From Thermoanaerobaculia bacterium (GTDB taxonomy: Bacteria > Acidobacteriota > Thermoanaerobaculia > Multivoradales > UBA5704): 64,000 bases of DNA. The stretch's first letter is position 1. Each line of letters begins with the position of its first letter. The notes below the pieces were generated by a model. The model saw nothing but the letters and a program-made list of their open reading frames with translations, searched no databases and was not told where the DNA came from. The position numbers and the translations under genes were made by a program. The stretch covers positions 77,750 to 141,749 of the forward strand of contig JBGAGQ010000007.1 in NCBI GenBank assembly GCA_044226625.1, given 5' to 3'. Positions 9,370-17,536 of the stretch are shown here, in pieces.

Positions 9370-10046
9370 GCCCACACCCCCGCGAGCGATCCGACCCCTT
9401 CGGAGGCCGGCTCGCCCAGCCGCGCGACGAGCGCCCGTTCCACGTATTTGGCCAGGACGTCTACCTCGAGATGGACCCGATCGCCCGGGACGAGGCGCTC
9501 GAGGGTCGTCACCGCGAGCGTATGCGGCACGAGCGCCACTTCGAATCGATCCGCCGTGAGGGAGGAGACCGTGAGGCTCACACCGTCCACCGTGATCGAG
9601 CCCTTTTCCGCCAGATAGCGAGCGAGCGCCGGGGGCGCCGCGAACGCGAGGACGCGAAACCCTTCCTGCTCGCGCCGGTCGACGACCGTGGTGGTACCGT
9701 CGACGTGCCCCTGCACCCAGTGGCCGCCGAGCGGATCGCCGACCCGCAGCGCCGGCTCCAGGTTGACCGTCGCGCCCGCCTTGAGGTCGCCCAGAGCGGT
9801 CCGGTCGAGCGTCTCCCGCGAGAGCTCGAACCGCGCCCGCCACGGAAGGGACTCGACCGAGCTCGGCTCGAAGGCGACCACGGTCAGACAGACGCCGGAG
9901 ACGGCGAGGCTCGCCCCGAGCGGGGGCGAAGGGAGCCGGCTCGAGACCTCGGCCGGAACGTCCACCGCGAGACGGCAGCCCCCGCCCGGCATCGGTTCCG
10001 GATCCGAGGGCAAGCGCCCGGTGCCGAGGATCAGCCCGCTGAACAT
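9366..10046 (-). CDS. ribE: riboflavin synthase (alpha chain)
   Basis: MFSGLI N-terminus, SLAVSGVCLTV, VNLEPAL...GGHWVQGHVDG, KGSITVDGVSLTV. Confidence 0.95.
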   Translation of the reverse strand: MFSGLILGTGRLPSDPEPMPGGGCRLAVDVPAEVSSRLPSPPLGASLAVSGVCLTVVAFEPSSVESLPWRARFELSRETLDRTALGDLKAGATVNLEPALRVGDPLGGHWVQGHVDGTTTVVDRREQEGFRVLAFAAPPALARYLAEKGSITVDGVSLTVSSLTADRFEVALVPHTLAVTTLERLVPGDRVHLEVDVLAKYVERALVARLGEPASEGVGSLAGVWA

Positions 10047-10134
10047 CGGCGTTTCGCCCTCCCGGCCTTTCGGTTCGATACGACTTTCTTCACCTTTCGA
10101 ATCGTACCAGAGCGTCGAACGAACGAAACGTTTT

Positions 10135-11256
10135 TCAGAGCGCGCGAAGCAGCTCGGATAGGGCTCCGGCGCGCACGCCGGAGAGGATCACGTCCGCTCC
10201 GCGCCGTTTGACCTCGATCGATTCGAGTCCCGGAGCCTCGACGAGCCGCGCGAAACCGGCTCCTCCCACGGGCGTCGGCGCGGAGCGCCCACCGATCACC
10301 CGAGGCGCGAGATCGACGTGCACCGCGTCGTAGAGACCCGAAGAGACGAAGCTCGCGTGGACTTCTCCGCCCCCCTCGACGAGGACGCTTCGCACGCCGC
10401 GCTCGAACAACGAGGCGAGGATCGCCGCAGGCTCGACCTTCGCCAAGCGCACCACGTCCGCGCCGGCCAAGGTCAGCTCGAGCGCCGCCTCCACGTCGTC
10501 CGATTCGGTGAAGATCACGATCGGACCGTCGCTCTCGAACATCCGCGCCTTCCCCGGTGTCCGCAGCCGCCGGTCGAGCACGACGCGAAGGTTGGCTCCC
10601 CGGGACCGTCCCAGCCGCCGGTCGAGCCGCGGATCGTCCGCCAGCACCGTGCCCACCCCGACGAGGATCGCATCGTGCTCTTCGCGGAGAAGAAGGGCGG
10701 TTTCGCGCGCCCGGACCGAGGAGATCCAGCGGCTCTCACCTGCGACGGTCGCGATCTTGCCGTCCAGGCTCATCGCCCATTTGAGCGTCACCGCGGGCCG
10801 GCCGAGCACCTGCGAGACGAAGAAGGGCAGGTTGATCCGCACCGCCTCGCGGGCGAGGGCACCGACCTCCACCGCGACCCCCGCCGCGCGCAATCGGGCG
10901 AACCCCTGCCCGGCGACCTGGGGGTTCGGATCGCCCACGGACGCGACCACGCGGGAGACGCCGGCGGCGATGACCGCGTCGGCGCAGGGCGGCGTACGGC
11001 CGAAATGCGAGCAAGGCTCGAGCGTCACGTAAAGCGTGGCACCCTCCGCGGCGCCCGGGGCCGAGGCCGCGGCGGCGAGCAGGGCCTCGACTTCCGCGTG
11101 AGGCCCCCCGACTTCTTGGTGCCATCCCTCGGCGACGACCGCACCGTCGCGTACTAGGACGGCACCCACCCGGGGGTTGGGCGCCGTGCGATACCGGCCG
11201 AGACTCGCGAGCCGAAGCGCGCGTCGAAGGTGTTTGAGATCGGTGCGGTCGGCCAA
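10135..11256 (-). CDS. ribD: bifunctional riboflavin deaminase/reductase
   Basis: PNPRVGAV, HAE, TLEPCSHFGRTPPC, KWAMSLDGKIA, LVEGGG. Confidence 0.96.
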   Translation of the reverse strand: MADRTDLKHLRRALRLASLGRYRTAPNPRVGAVLVRDGAVVAEGWHQEVGGPHAEVEALLAAAASAPGAAEGATLYVTLEPCSHFGRTPPCADAVIAAGVSRVVASVGDPNPQVAGQGFARLRAAGVAVEVGALAREAVRINLPFFVSQVLGRPAVTLKWAMSLDGKIATVAGESRWISSVRARETALLLREEHDAILVGVGTVLADDPRLDRRLGRSRGANLRVVLDRRLRTPGKARMFESDGPIVIFTESDDVEAALELTLAGADVVRLAKVEPAAILASLFERGVRSVLVEGGGEVHASFVSSGLYDAVHVDLAPRVIGGRSAPTPVGGAGFARLVEAPGLESIEVKRRGADVILSGVRAGALSELLRAL

Positions 11257-11284
11257 GCTCGATCCACCGGGTGAGTCGGTCGCC

Positions 11285-12262
11285 CTAGCCCAGCAGAGCG
11301 CTCGCGAACGCTCGCGGCTCGAAATCGACCAGGTCGTCCGCCTTTTCGCCCACTCCCAAGAACAGGACCGGCAGCTTGAGCTCGCGCGCGATCGCGACCG
11401 CCATGCCCCCTTTGGCCGTGCCGTCGAGCTTGGCGAGCAGGACGCCGTCGACCGGTACGACCTGGGAGAACGTCCGCGCCTGGGCGAGCGCGTTCTGGCC
11501 GGTCGTGGCGTCGAGCACCAGGATCGTCTCGCGCGGCCAGCCGGCGGCTTCGCGGTCGATCACCCGGTTCACCTTCGACAGCTCGGCCATCAGGTGGTCC
11601 TTGGTGTGGAGGCGCCCGGCGGTGTCGACGATCAGCCGGGTCACCCCTCGGGCGCGGGCCGCCTGGATCGCGTCGAAGACCACGGCGGCCGGGTCGGCCC
11701 CGGTCGCCTGCCGGATCACGTCGACCTCCAGGCGCTCCCCCCAGAGGGCGAGCTGCTCGATCGCCGCGGCGCGGAACGTGTCGGCCGCCGCGAGCAGCAC
11801 GCGCTCCCCCTGATCCTTCGAGCGGCGCGCGAGCTTCGCGATCGAGGTGGTCTTGCCGACGCCGTTGACCCCGACGACCAGGGTCACCCTAGGTCCGTCG
11901 CCGAGCGGCTTCTTCTTCGGCGCCTGCTCGAGCAGGAGCGCGACCTCGTTCGAGAGCCGGGCGCGAAGCGCCTGCGGATCCGCCGTCTCGCTACTCTTGC
12001 GCAGCTTTTCGACCAGATCGAGGGCGGTCTCCACCCCGAGGTCCGCGGAGATCAACGCTTCTTCCAGATAGTCGAGCGTCGTCGCGTCGAGCACCGCGCG
12101 GCCGGCGACGGCGGCGCCCACCCGCTCGATGATCTCGGTATGGGTCATCAACAGCCCGCGCTTGAGCTTGGTCCAGAATCCCGCCTTCTTCGCCGCGTCG
12201 GGATCGGGGACCTGCGCCTCGGGCGCGAGCGCGAGGTCGATCGGAGGCTTCGTTTCCTTCAT
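11285..12262 (-). CDS. ftsY: signal recognition particle receptor
   Basis: GVNGVGKTTSIAKLA, DTFRAAAIEQL, DTAGRL, DATTGQN, KLDGTAKGG. Start approximate. Confidence 0.96.
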   Translation of the reverse strand: MKETKPPIDLALAPEAQVPDPDAAKKAGFWTKLKRGLLMTHTEIIERVGAAVAGRAVLDATTLDYLEEALISADLGVETALDLVEKLRKSSETADPQALRARLSNEVALLLEQAPKKKPLGDGPRVTLVVGVNGVGKTTSIAKLARRSKDQGERVLLAAADTFRAAAIEQLALWGERLEVDVIRQATGADPAAVVFDAIQAARARGVTRLIVDTAGRLHTKDHLMAELSKVNRVIDREAAGWPRETILVLDATTGQNALAQARTFSQVVPVDGVLLAKLDGTAKGGMAVAIARELKLPVLFLGVGEKADDLVDFEPRAFASALLG

Positions 12263-12386
12263 CTTCCGGATGATATCCGATGGGGGCCGCTCGCCTGGGC
12301 CGCACGACACTCCGAGCGGTTCGGATCCGGCCGGGATCACCCTGGCCGCCCTTCTCTCGGGTAAGGTAGGGAAAACCCAGTCCGGG

Positions 12387-15344
12387 ATGCATTACTTCGA
12401 TTTCAGGCTCGATTTCGTTCCGCACGGCCTCGACGGCGTCGCCGTGAGGGTCGCCTATTCGCCGGCCGGCGAGGGGAGCCTCGAACCGCTCGAGCCGAGC
12501 ACCCTGCGCGACAATCTGGCGCTTGCGGCTCAATGGATGGCGGACCGGCAGGCTCTCGAGCTCCGCCCCTCCGAGCCCGCCGCGCTTGGCTCGCTCGGCG
12601 GGCGCCTGTACGACGGCACGTTTCGCGGCTCCGTCCGGCGCCTCTTCGAACGGACCCTCGGCGCCCTGCGGCCGGATCAAGGGCTACGGCTTCGCCTCCA
12701 GATCGACCTCCGCGAGCCGCGGCTGTCGCCGCTCCACTCCCTACCCTGGGAGCTGCTCTTCGAGCCGACCGACCATCATCCGTTCGCGTTGGACCGACGC
12801 TTCTCGATCGTCCGCCACGTCCCCCGCCCCCATGGGCGTCCCCGGCGCGAGCCACCCGGCCGGTTGCGCATCCTGCTCGTGGCGGCCCAGCCGCGGGCGG
12901 CGAGGCTGCTCTCGATCGAGGAGGAGGTCGAGCGAATCCATGGCGCCCTCGACGGACGCGCGGAGATCGAGGTGCTGCCGCTCGTCCGTCCGACCCAGGA
13001 GGCGCTCCGCCGCGCGCTCGTGGAAGAGGATCCGATCCACGTCCTCCACTTCATGGGCCATGCTGAATTCGACGTCCTCTCGGGCGCAGGCAAGCTCCTG
13101 TTCGAAGATGGCCGGCGTGGCGCCGCACGGGTCTCGAGCGGATCGCTCGCCGACCGTCTTCGCGACCGGTCGACGCTGCGGCTGGTGTTCTTGAACGCCT
13201 GCGGCACCGCCCGTTCCGCCCCGTCCGAGCCGTTCGGAGGAGTGGCCGCGGCGCTGGTCCGGGCGGGGATCCCCTCCGTGGTCGCGATGCAATGTCCGAT
13301 CGCCGATCGGGCGGCGATCGCCTTCAGCGAGACCGTTTACCGCCGCCTGGCGGCGGGCGACTCGATCGACGCTGCGGTGACCGAGGGGCGCCACGCGGTG
13401 GCCGTCCGTTGCCCGGAACCTGGAGCCTGGGCGATACCGGTCCTGTTCTCTCACGCTCCCGACGAAAGGCTTTTCGATCCTCCTCCCGCGGCGCCCGAGG
13501 CCGGCCCGCGCGGGCGGCCGTCAAAAACCAACGCCTCTTTCGGCGGCGAACCGGTTTCGTTTCCTGCCCCGCGCCCCTTGCATCAGTTGCCCATTCCACC
13601 GGCCGACTTCGTCGGGCGGGATTCGGAGCTGCGCGAGCTTCGAGCCGCGATCTCGGAGGGGACCGCGGCGGTCTGCGCCCTGTTCGGCATGGGCGGCGTC
13701 GGCAAGACGACCCTCGCCGTCCGCCTTGGCCACGAGTTGCGCGAGTCCTTCCCGGATGGCCAGATCTTCGTCGACCTGCGGGGGATGAGCGAAACTCCGC
13801 TCTCGCCGAGCGAGGCGGCCGCGCACGTCATCCGCTCGTTCCACCCGGAGTCGCCCCTCCCCGACGACGCCCGGCTTTTCGCCCTCTATCGCGAGGTCCT
13901 CCAAGACCGGAGGGTCCTCCTGCTGCTCGACGACGCGTCCGGCCGCGAGCAGGTCGAGCCGATGGTTCCCCCTGGGCGCTGCGCGCTTCTCGTAACCTCG
14001 CGCCAACGCTTCAGCCTTCCCGGCCTCGTTCGGCAAGATCTCGGGCTGCTCCCCGAAGCCGAAGCCTGCGCACTGCTGCGGAGGATCTCGCCGCGCATCG
14101 GACCGAACGCCCCCGAGATCGCCAAACAGTGCGGCGAGCTGCCGTTCGCCCTGCGGCTCGCCGCGGGCACGCTTGCCGAGCGCTCCGACCTCTCGGTCGC
14201 CGGCTTTCTCGATCGATTGACGCGAGAAGGTCAGAGAGCGAAGCTCGGCCACGCGGTCCTCGGCGTGGGTCACGCGCTCTTGCCGGAACGTCTCCAGCGG
14301 AGGTTCCGGCTGCTCGCCGTGTTTCCCGCGGGCTTCGACGCGCCCGCAGCAGCCGCGATCTGGGACCTACAAGGGCAGGAGGACGAGACCGACGACTCGC
14401 TCGGCGAGCTGGTACGCCGGAGTCTCCTCGACGGCGAAGATGGACGCTACCGCCTGCACGATCTCGCCCGCGCCTTTGCCGGCTCGGGCCTTACGGCGGA
14501 CGAACGCGAGGCGGCTCAGGAGCGCCACGCCCGTCACTACCTCGACCGGCTGGCCGCCGCGACGGAGGTCTACCTCCGAGGCGGCGAGAACATCCTGGAC
14601 GCGCTCGCGGTCTTCGATCGGGAACGCCCTCACTTCGTCGCCGGGCAGGGGTGGGCCGCGGCGCGAGCCGAGACCTCGAGAGCGGCCGCGTGGGCCGCGG
14701 CGCGCTACGCCTACGAGGGGTCGCACCTCCTCAAGCTTCGGCTTTCCCGCGAGGAGCAGATCGTCTGGGTGGAGGCGGGACTCGCCGCCGCCCGCCGCCT
14801 CGCCGACCGGCCGCTCGAAGGGGCGCTGCTCGGCGACCTCGGAATCACCCGCGCCTCCCTCGGCCAGTCCGAAGAAGCCTGTACCTGCTTCGAGCAATCT
14901 CTCGCCTTGGCGCGGGCGATCGGCGATCGGCGCGGCGAGAGCAACGCGCTCGGCAACCTCGGCAACGCCTATGCCGAACGGGGCGATCCACGGCGCGCGA
15001 TCGACCTCCACGCGCAAGACCTTGTTCTCCGACGGGAGCTGGGGGATCGGCGGGGCGAAGGCAACGCGCTCGGCAATCTCGGTACGGCGTATGCCGACCT
15101 CGGAGACACCGAGCGCGCGATCGAGCTCTATCGGGAACGGATCGAGATCGCGCGCGAAATCGGCGATCGGCGCGGTGACGCCAACGCCTGCTGGAACCTG
15201 GGCGCCGTGTACGAGACGCGCGGCGACCTCTCCCGAGCGGTCGATTCGATGCAGGTCTGCGTCGATTTCGAGCGCGAGATCGGCCATCCCGACGCCGAGC
15301 GTGACGCCGCGCACGTCGAAGCCCTTCGGGCTCGCCTCATCTGA
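12387..15344 (+). CDS. CHAT (caspase-like) - NB-ARC/STAND ATPase - TPR protein
   Basis: LPWELL, HVLHFMGH and LVFLNACGT (His/Cys dyad); FVGRDSEL, Walker A GMGGVGKT, Walker B LLLLDD, LLVTSR, YRLHDL; C-terminal GDRRGE-type TPRs. Confidence 0.9.
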   Translation: MHYFDFRLDFVPHGLDGVAVRVAYSPAGEGSLEPLEPSTLRDNLALAAQWMADRQALELRPSEPAALGSLGGRLYDGTFRGSVRRLFERTLGALRPDQGLRLRLQIDLREPRLSPLHSLPWELLFEPTDHHPFALDRRFSIVRHVPRPHGRPRREPPGRLRILLVAAQPRAARLLSIEEEVERIHGALDGRAEIEVLPLVRPTQEALRRALVEEDPIHVLHFMGHAEFDVLSGAGKLLFEDGRRGAARVSSGSLADRLRDRSTLRLVFLNACGTARSAPSEPFGGVAAALVRAGIPSVVAMQCPIADRAAIAFSETVYRRLAAGDSIDAAVTEGRHAVAVRCPEPGAWAIPVLFSHAPDERLFDPPPAAPEAGPRGRPSKTNASFGGEPVSFPAPRPLHQLPIPPADFVGRDSELRELRAAISEGTAAVCALFGMGGVGKTTLAVRLGHELRESFPDGQIFVDLRGMSETPLSPSEAAAHVIRSFHPESPLPDDARLFALYREVLQDRRVLLLLDDASGREQVEPMVPPGRCALLVTSRQRFSLPGLVRQDLGLLPEAEACALLRRISPRIGPNAPEIAKQCGELPFALRLAAGTLAERSDLSVAGFLDRLTREGQRAKLGHAVLGVGHALLPERLQRRFRLLAVFPAGFDAPAAAAIWDLQGQEDETDDSLGELVRRSLLDGEDGRYRLHDLARAFAGSGLTADEREAAQERHARHYLDRLAAATEVYLRGGENILDALAVFDRERPHFVAGQGWAAARAETSRAAAWAAARYAYEGSHLLKLRLSREEQIVWVEAGLAAARRLADRPLEGALLGDLGITRASLGQSEEACTCFEQSLALARAIGDRRGESNALGNLGNAYAERGDPRRAIDLHAQDLVLRRELGDRRGEGNALGNLGTAYADLGDTERAIELYRERIEIAREIGDRRGDANACWNLGAVYETRGDLSRAVDSMQVCVDFEREIGHPDAERDAAHVEALRARLI

Positions 15345-15462
15345 TCCGGAGGACGCCGTGCCGGTGGCGCACTCCGAGCGAAGGACCGCCTAAATCTGCC
15401 TGCATGAAAGTCTTGAGCGTCCGAGAAATTCTCAACTTGCACACCTGGGCGTAGCATGGTAG

Positions 15463-15552
15463 CCGTGCATTCGCATCAACGAGCAGTACCGGGTGTGTTT
15501 CGTCTGGGTCGACGGTGAGCCGGACGAAGTCGAAATTGTCGACTATCACTGA
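15463..15552 (+). pseudogene. higB: 3' remnant of a HigB/RelE-family toxin
   Basis: Reads CIRINEQYRVCFVWVDGEPDEVEIVDYH*, the typical HigB C-terminus, but an in-frame TAG lies immediately upstream and there is no start codon. Confidence 0.75.
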
Positions 15553-15565
15553 AAGTGAGGATCTC

Positions 15566-15892
15566 ATGATTCGAGTTCCTAAACATCGCGAACCCACTCA
15601 TCCGGGCGACATGTTACTGGAAGAGTTCTTGAAGCCCATGGCCCTTTCTCAGAGAGATCTGGCGGACGGAATTCACGTCCCTTACCAACGTGTCAACGAG
15701 TTGGTGAATAAAAAGCGGGGCATGACGCCGAGTACAGCTCTTCGCCTTTCCAAATTTCTCGGCACTTCGGCTGATTTCTGGATGAACCTCCAGCTTCGCT
15801 GGGATCTCTATCGAGTAAACCTCGATGAAGCCGCGGAGTTGAAGCGAATCCAAAGGATCACGCCAAACGAGAATCTTCGGCAAGCGAGCTGA
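15566..15892 (+). CDS. higA: HigA family antitoxin (XRE HTH)
   Basis: PTHPGDMLLEEFLKPM...RVNELVNKKRGMTPSTALRLSKFLGTSADFWMNLQ; RBS GAGG upstream. Confidence 0.93.
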   Translation: MIRVPKHREPTHPGDMLLEEFLKPMALSQRDLADGIHVPYQRVNELVNKKRGMTPSTALRLSKFLGTSADFWMNLQLRWDLYRVNLDEAAELKRIQRITPNENLRQAS

Positions 15893-15899
15893 GACTCTC

Positions 15900-16709
15900 T
15901 TAGCCCCGGTTCTTCTCGTAGATCAGCTTCAAGCCGACCAACGTGAGCATCGGGTCGACCTTCTGGATGAAGCGCGAGCCGGAGGCGATCATTTCGGCTT
16001 GGCCCCCGGTGGCGACGACGTTTTCGAGGCCCGGCACCTCGGAGAACAGCCGCTCGAGGATGCCGTCCACCAGCCCGACGTAGCCGTAGTAGATGCCCGC
16101 CTGCATCGCGGTCACGGTGTTGCGGCCGACGAGCTGGTCCGGCTTCTTGACGTCGACCCGATAGAGGCGCGAGGCGTGGGCGAAGAGCGCCTCGGCCGAG
16201 ATGGTGATGCCGGGGCAGATGATGCCCCCCACGTACTCGCCTTTGCCGTTCACCACGTCGAACGTGGTCGCCGTGCCGAAATCCACCACCACGACCGGAG
16301 CGCCGTACAGCTCGCGCGCGGCGACCGCGTTCACGATGCGGTCGGCTCCCACCTCGGCCGGGTTGTCGTAGCGGATCGGCATGCCGGTCTTCACGCCCGG
16401 CTCGATGAACAGCGGTCGTTTGCCGAAGTAGCGCGCGGCGAGCTGGTCGAGGGTGAAATGGAGCGGCGGCACCACCGAGGAGACGACCACCGCCTCGGAA
16501 GCCGTCGGGTCGATCCCCGCGCGATCGAACAGCGGCAGCAGGAGCGCTCCGTACTCGTCGGCCGTGCGCTCGGCGTCGGTCGAAAGGCGAAAGCTCTCGA
16601 TCAGCTCGTCGCCGCGATAGACGCCGAACACGGTGTTCGTGTTGCCCACGTCGACCAGGACCAGGAGCCCTTCGGTCGAGCGGGCGGCGACGTTCTTGGG
16701 GCGGTTCAT
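15900..16709 (-). CDS. coaX: type III pantothenate kinase
   Basis: DVGNTNTVFG, SSVVPP, EVGADRIVNA, VDFGTATTFD, ATGG. Confidence 0.95.
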   Translation of the reverse strand: MNRPKNVAARSTEGLLVLVDVGNTNTVFGVYRGDELIESFRLSTDAERTADEYGALLLPLFDRAGIDPTASEAVVVSSVVPPLHFTLDQLAARYFGKRPLFIEPGVKTGMPIRYDNPAEVGADRIVNAVAARELYGAPVVVVDFGTATTFDVVNGKGEYVGGIICPGITISAEALFAHASRLYRVDVKKPDQLVGRNTVTAMQAGIYYGYVGLVDGILERLFSEVPGLENVVATGGQAEMIASGSRFIQKVDPMLTLVGLKLIYEKNRG

Positions 16710-17524
16710 TGGATCACCTCACCCGCCGAGATCGTGATTTCTTCGAGCGGCAGCGAACCGGCAGGAACGCTGCCCGGGGGGGATACGGTCGCGAGCCGCA
16801 ATCCGCCGGTTTTGTCGAAACCGAGGAACGTGCCCGCGACGGTCCGCTCCCCCACGCGGCAGACCATCCGGTCGCCCACGGTGTGGATCGACAGGTCCCG
16901 GTAAGCCGCGACGGCGTAAGCCGCGTCGCCCAGATGGGCGAGCTCCGCTTCGAGCGATCCGATCAGGCTCGTCGCGAGCTCCGGCAGCGTCGCGGTTCCC
17001 CCCTCGAGCTCGAGCGAGGTCGCGGCGGCGATCGGCAGGTCCTCTTCTCGATGCGAGTGGTTGACCCCGAAGCCAAGCATCACGATGGCTCCTTCGTCCG
17101 TGCGGAGCGCCGCCTCGATCAACAGGCCGCCGATCTTCTTGCCGGCGACCATGACGTCGTTCGGCCACTTGAGCCGCGCCGACGCCGGATCGCCGAGCAG
17201 AGGCGCGAGGCCGCGGCAGATCGCCACCCCCGCGAGCAGCGGCAGGGTCGACAGGTGCTCGATATTTCCGACCCAGGTGAGCAGCGTCGCGTAAACCCCC
17301 TTGCCCGGAGGGCTCGTCCAGACGCGCTTCTCGCGACCGCGCCCCGCCGTCTGCTCCCAGGCGAGCAGATAGGCGCGCGGCAGGTTCTGGCGCTCGTCCT
17401 CGTACTCGGCGGCGATCCGCCGCGCGAGCAGGTTGGTCGAGTCGGTTTCGGCCACCACGAGCACGTTCTCGTCGCCTCGCGGATGCCAACGCCGAAGCTC
17501 GTCGGCGAACGTCGAGTAGTCCAA
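16706..17524 (-). CDS. birA: biotin-protein ligase (no HTH domain)
   Basis: STN, QTAGRGR..R.WTSPPG, KWPNDV, KKIGGLLIE. Confidence 0.9.
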   Translation of the reverse strand: MDYSTFADELRRWHPRGDENVLVVAETDSTNLLARRIAAEYEDERQNLPRAYLLAWEQTAGRGREKRVWTSPPGKGVYATLLTWVGNIEHLSTLPLLAGVAICRGLAPLLGDPASARLKWPNDVMVAGKKIGGLLIEAALRTDEGAIVMLGFGVNHSHREEDLPIAAATSLELEGGTATLPELATSLIGSLEAELAHLGDAAYAVAAYRDLSIHTVGDRMVCRVGERTVAGTFLGFDKTGGLRLATVSPPGSVPAGSLPLEEITISAGEVIQ

Positions 17525-17536
17525 AGCCTCTCTACC

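Noticed and set aside
11257-11284. FMN riboswitch upstream of ribD
   Set aside because: Only 28 bp separate ftsY and ribD, and no RFN consensus is visible.
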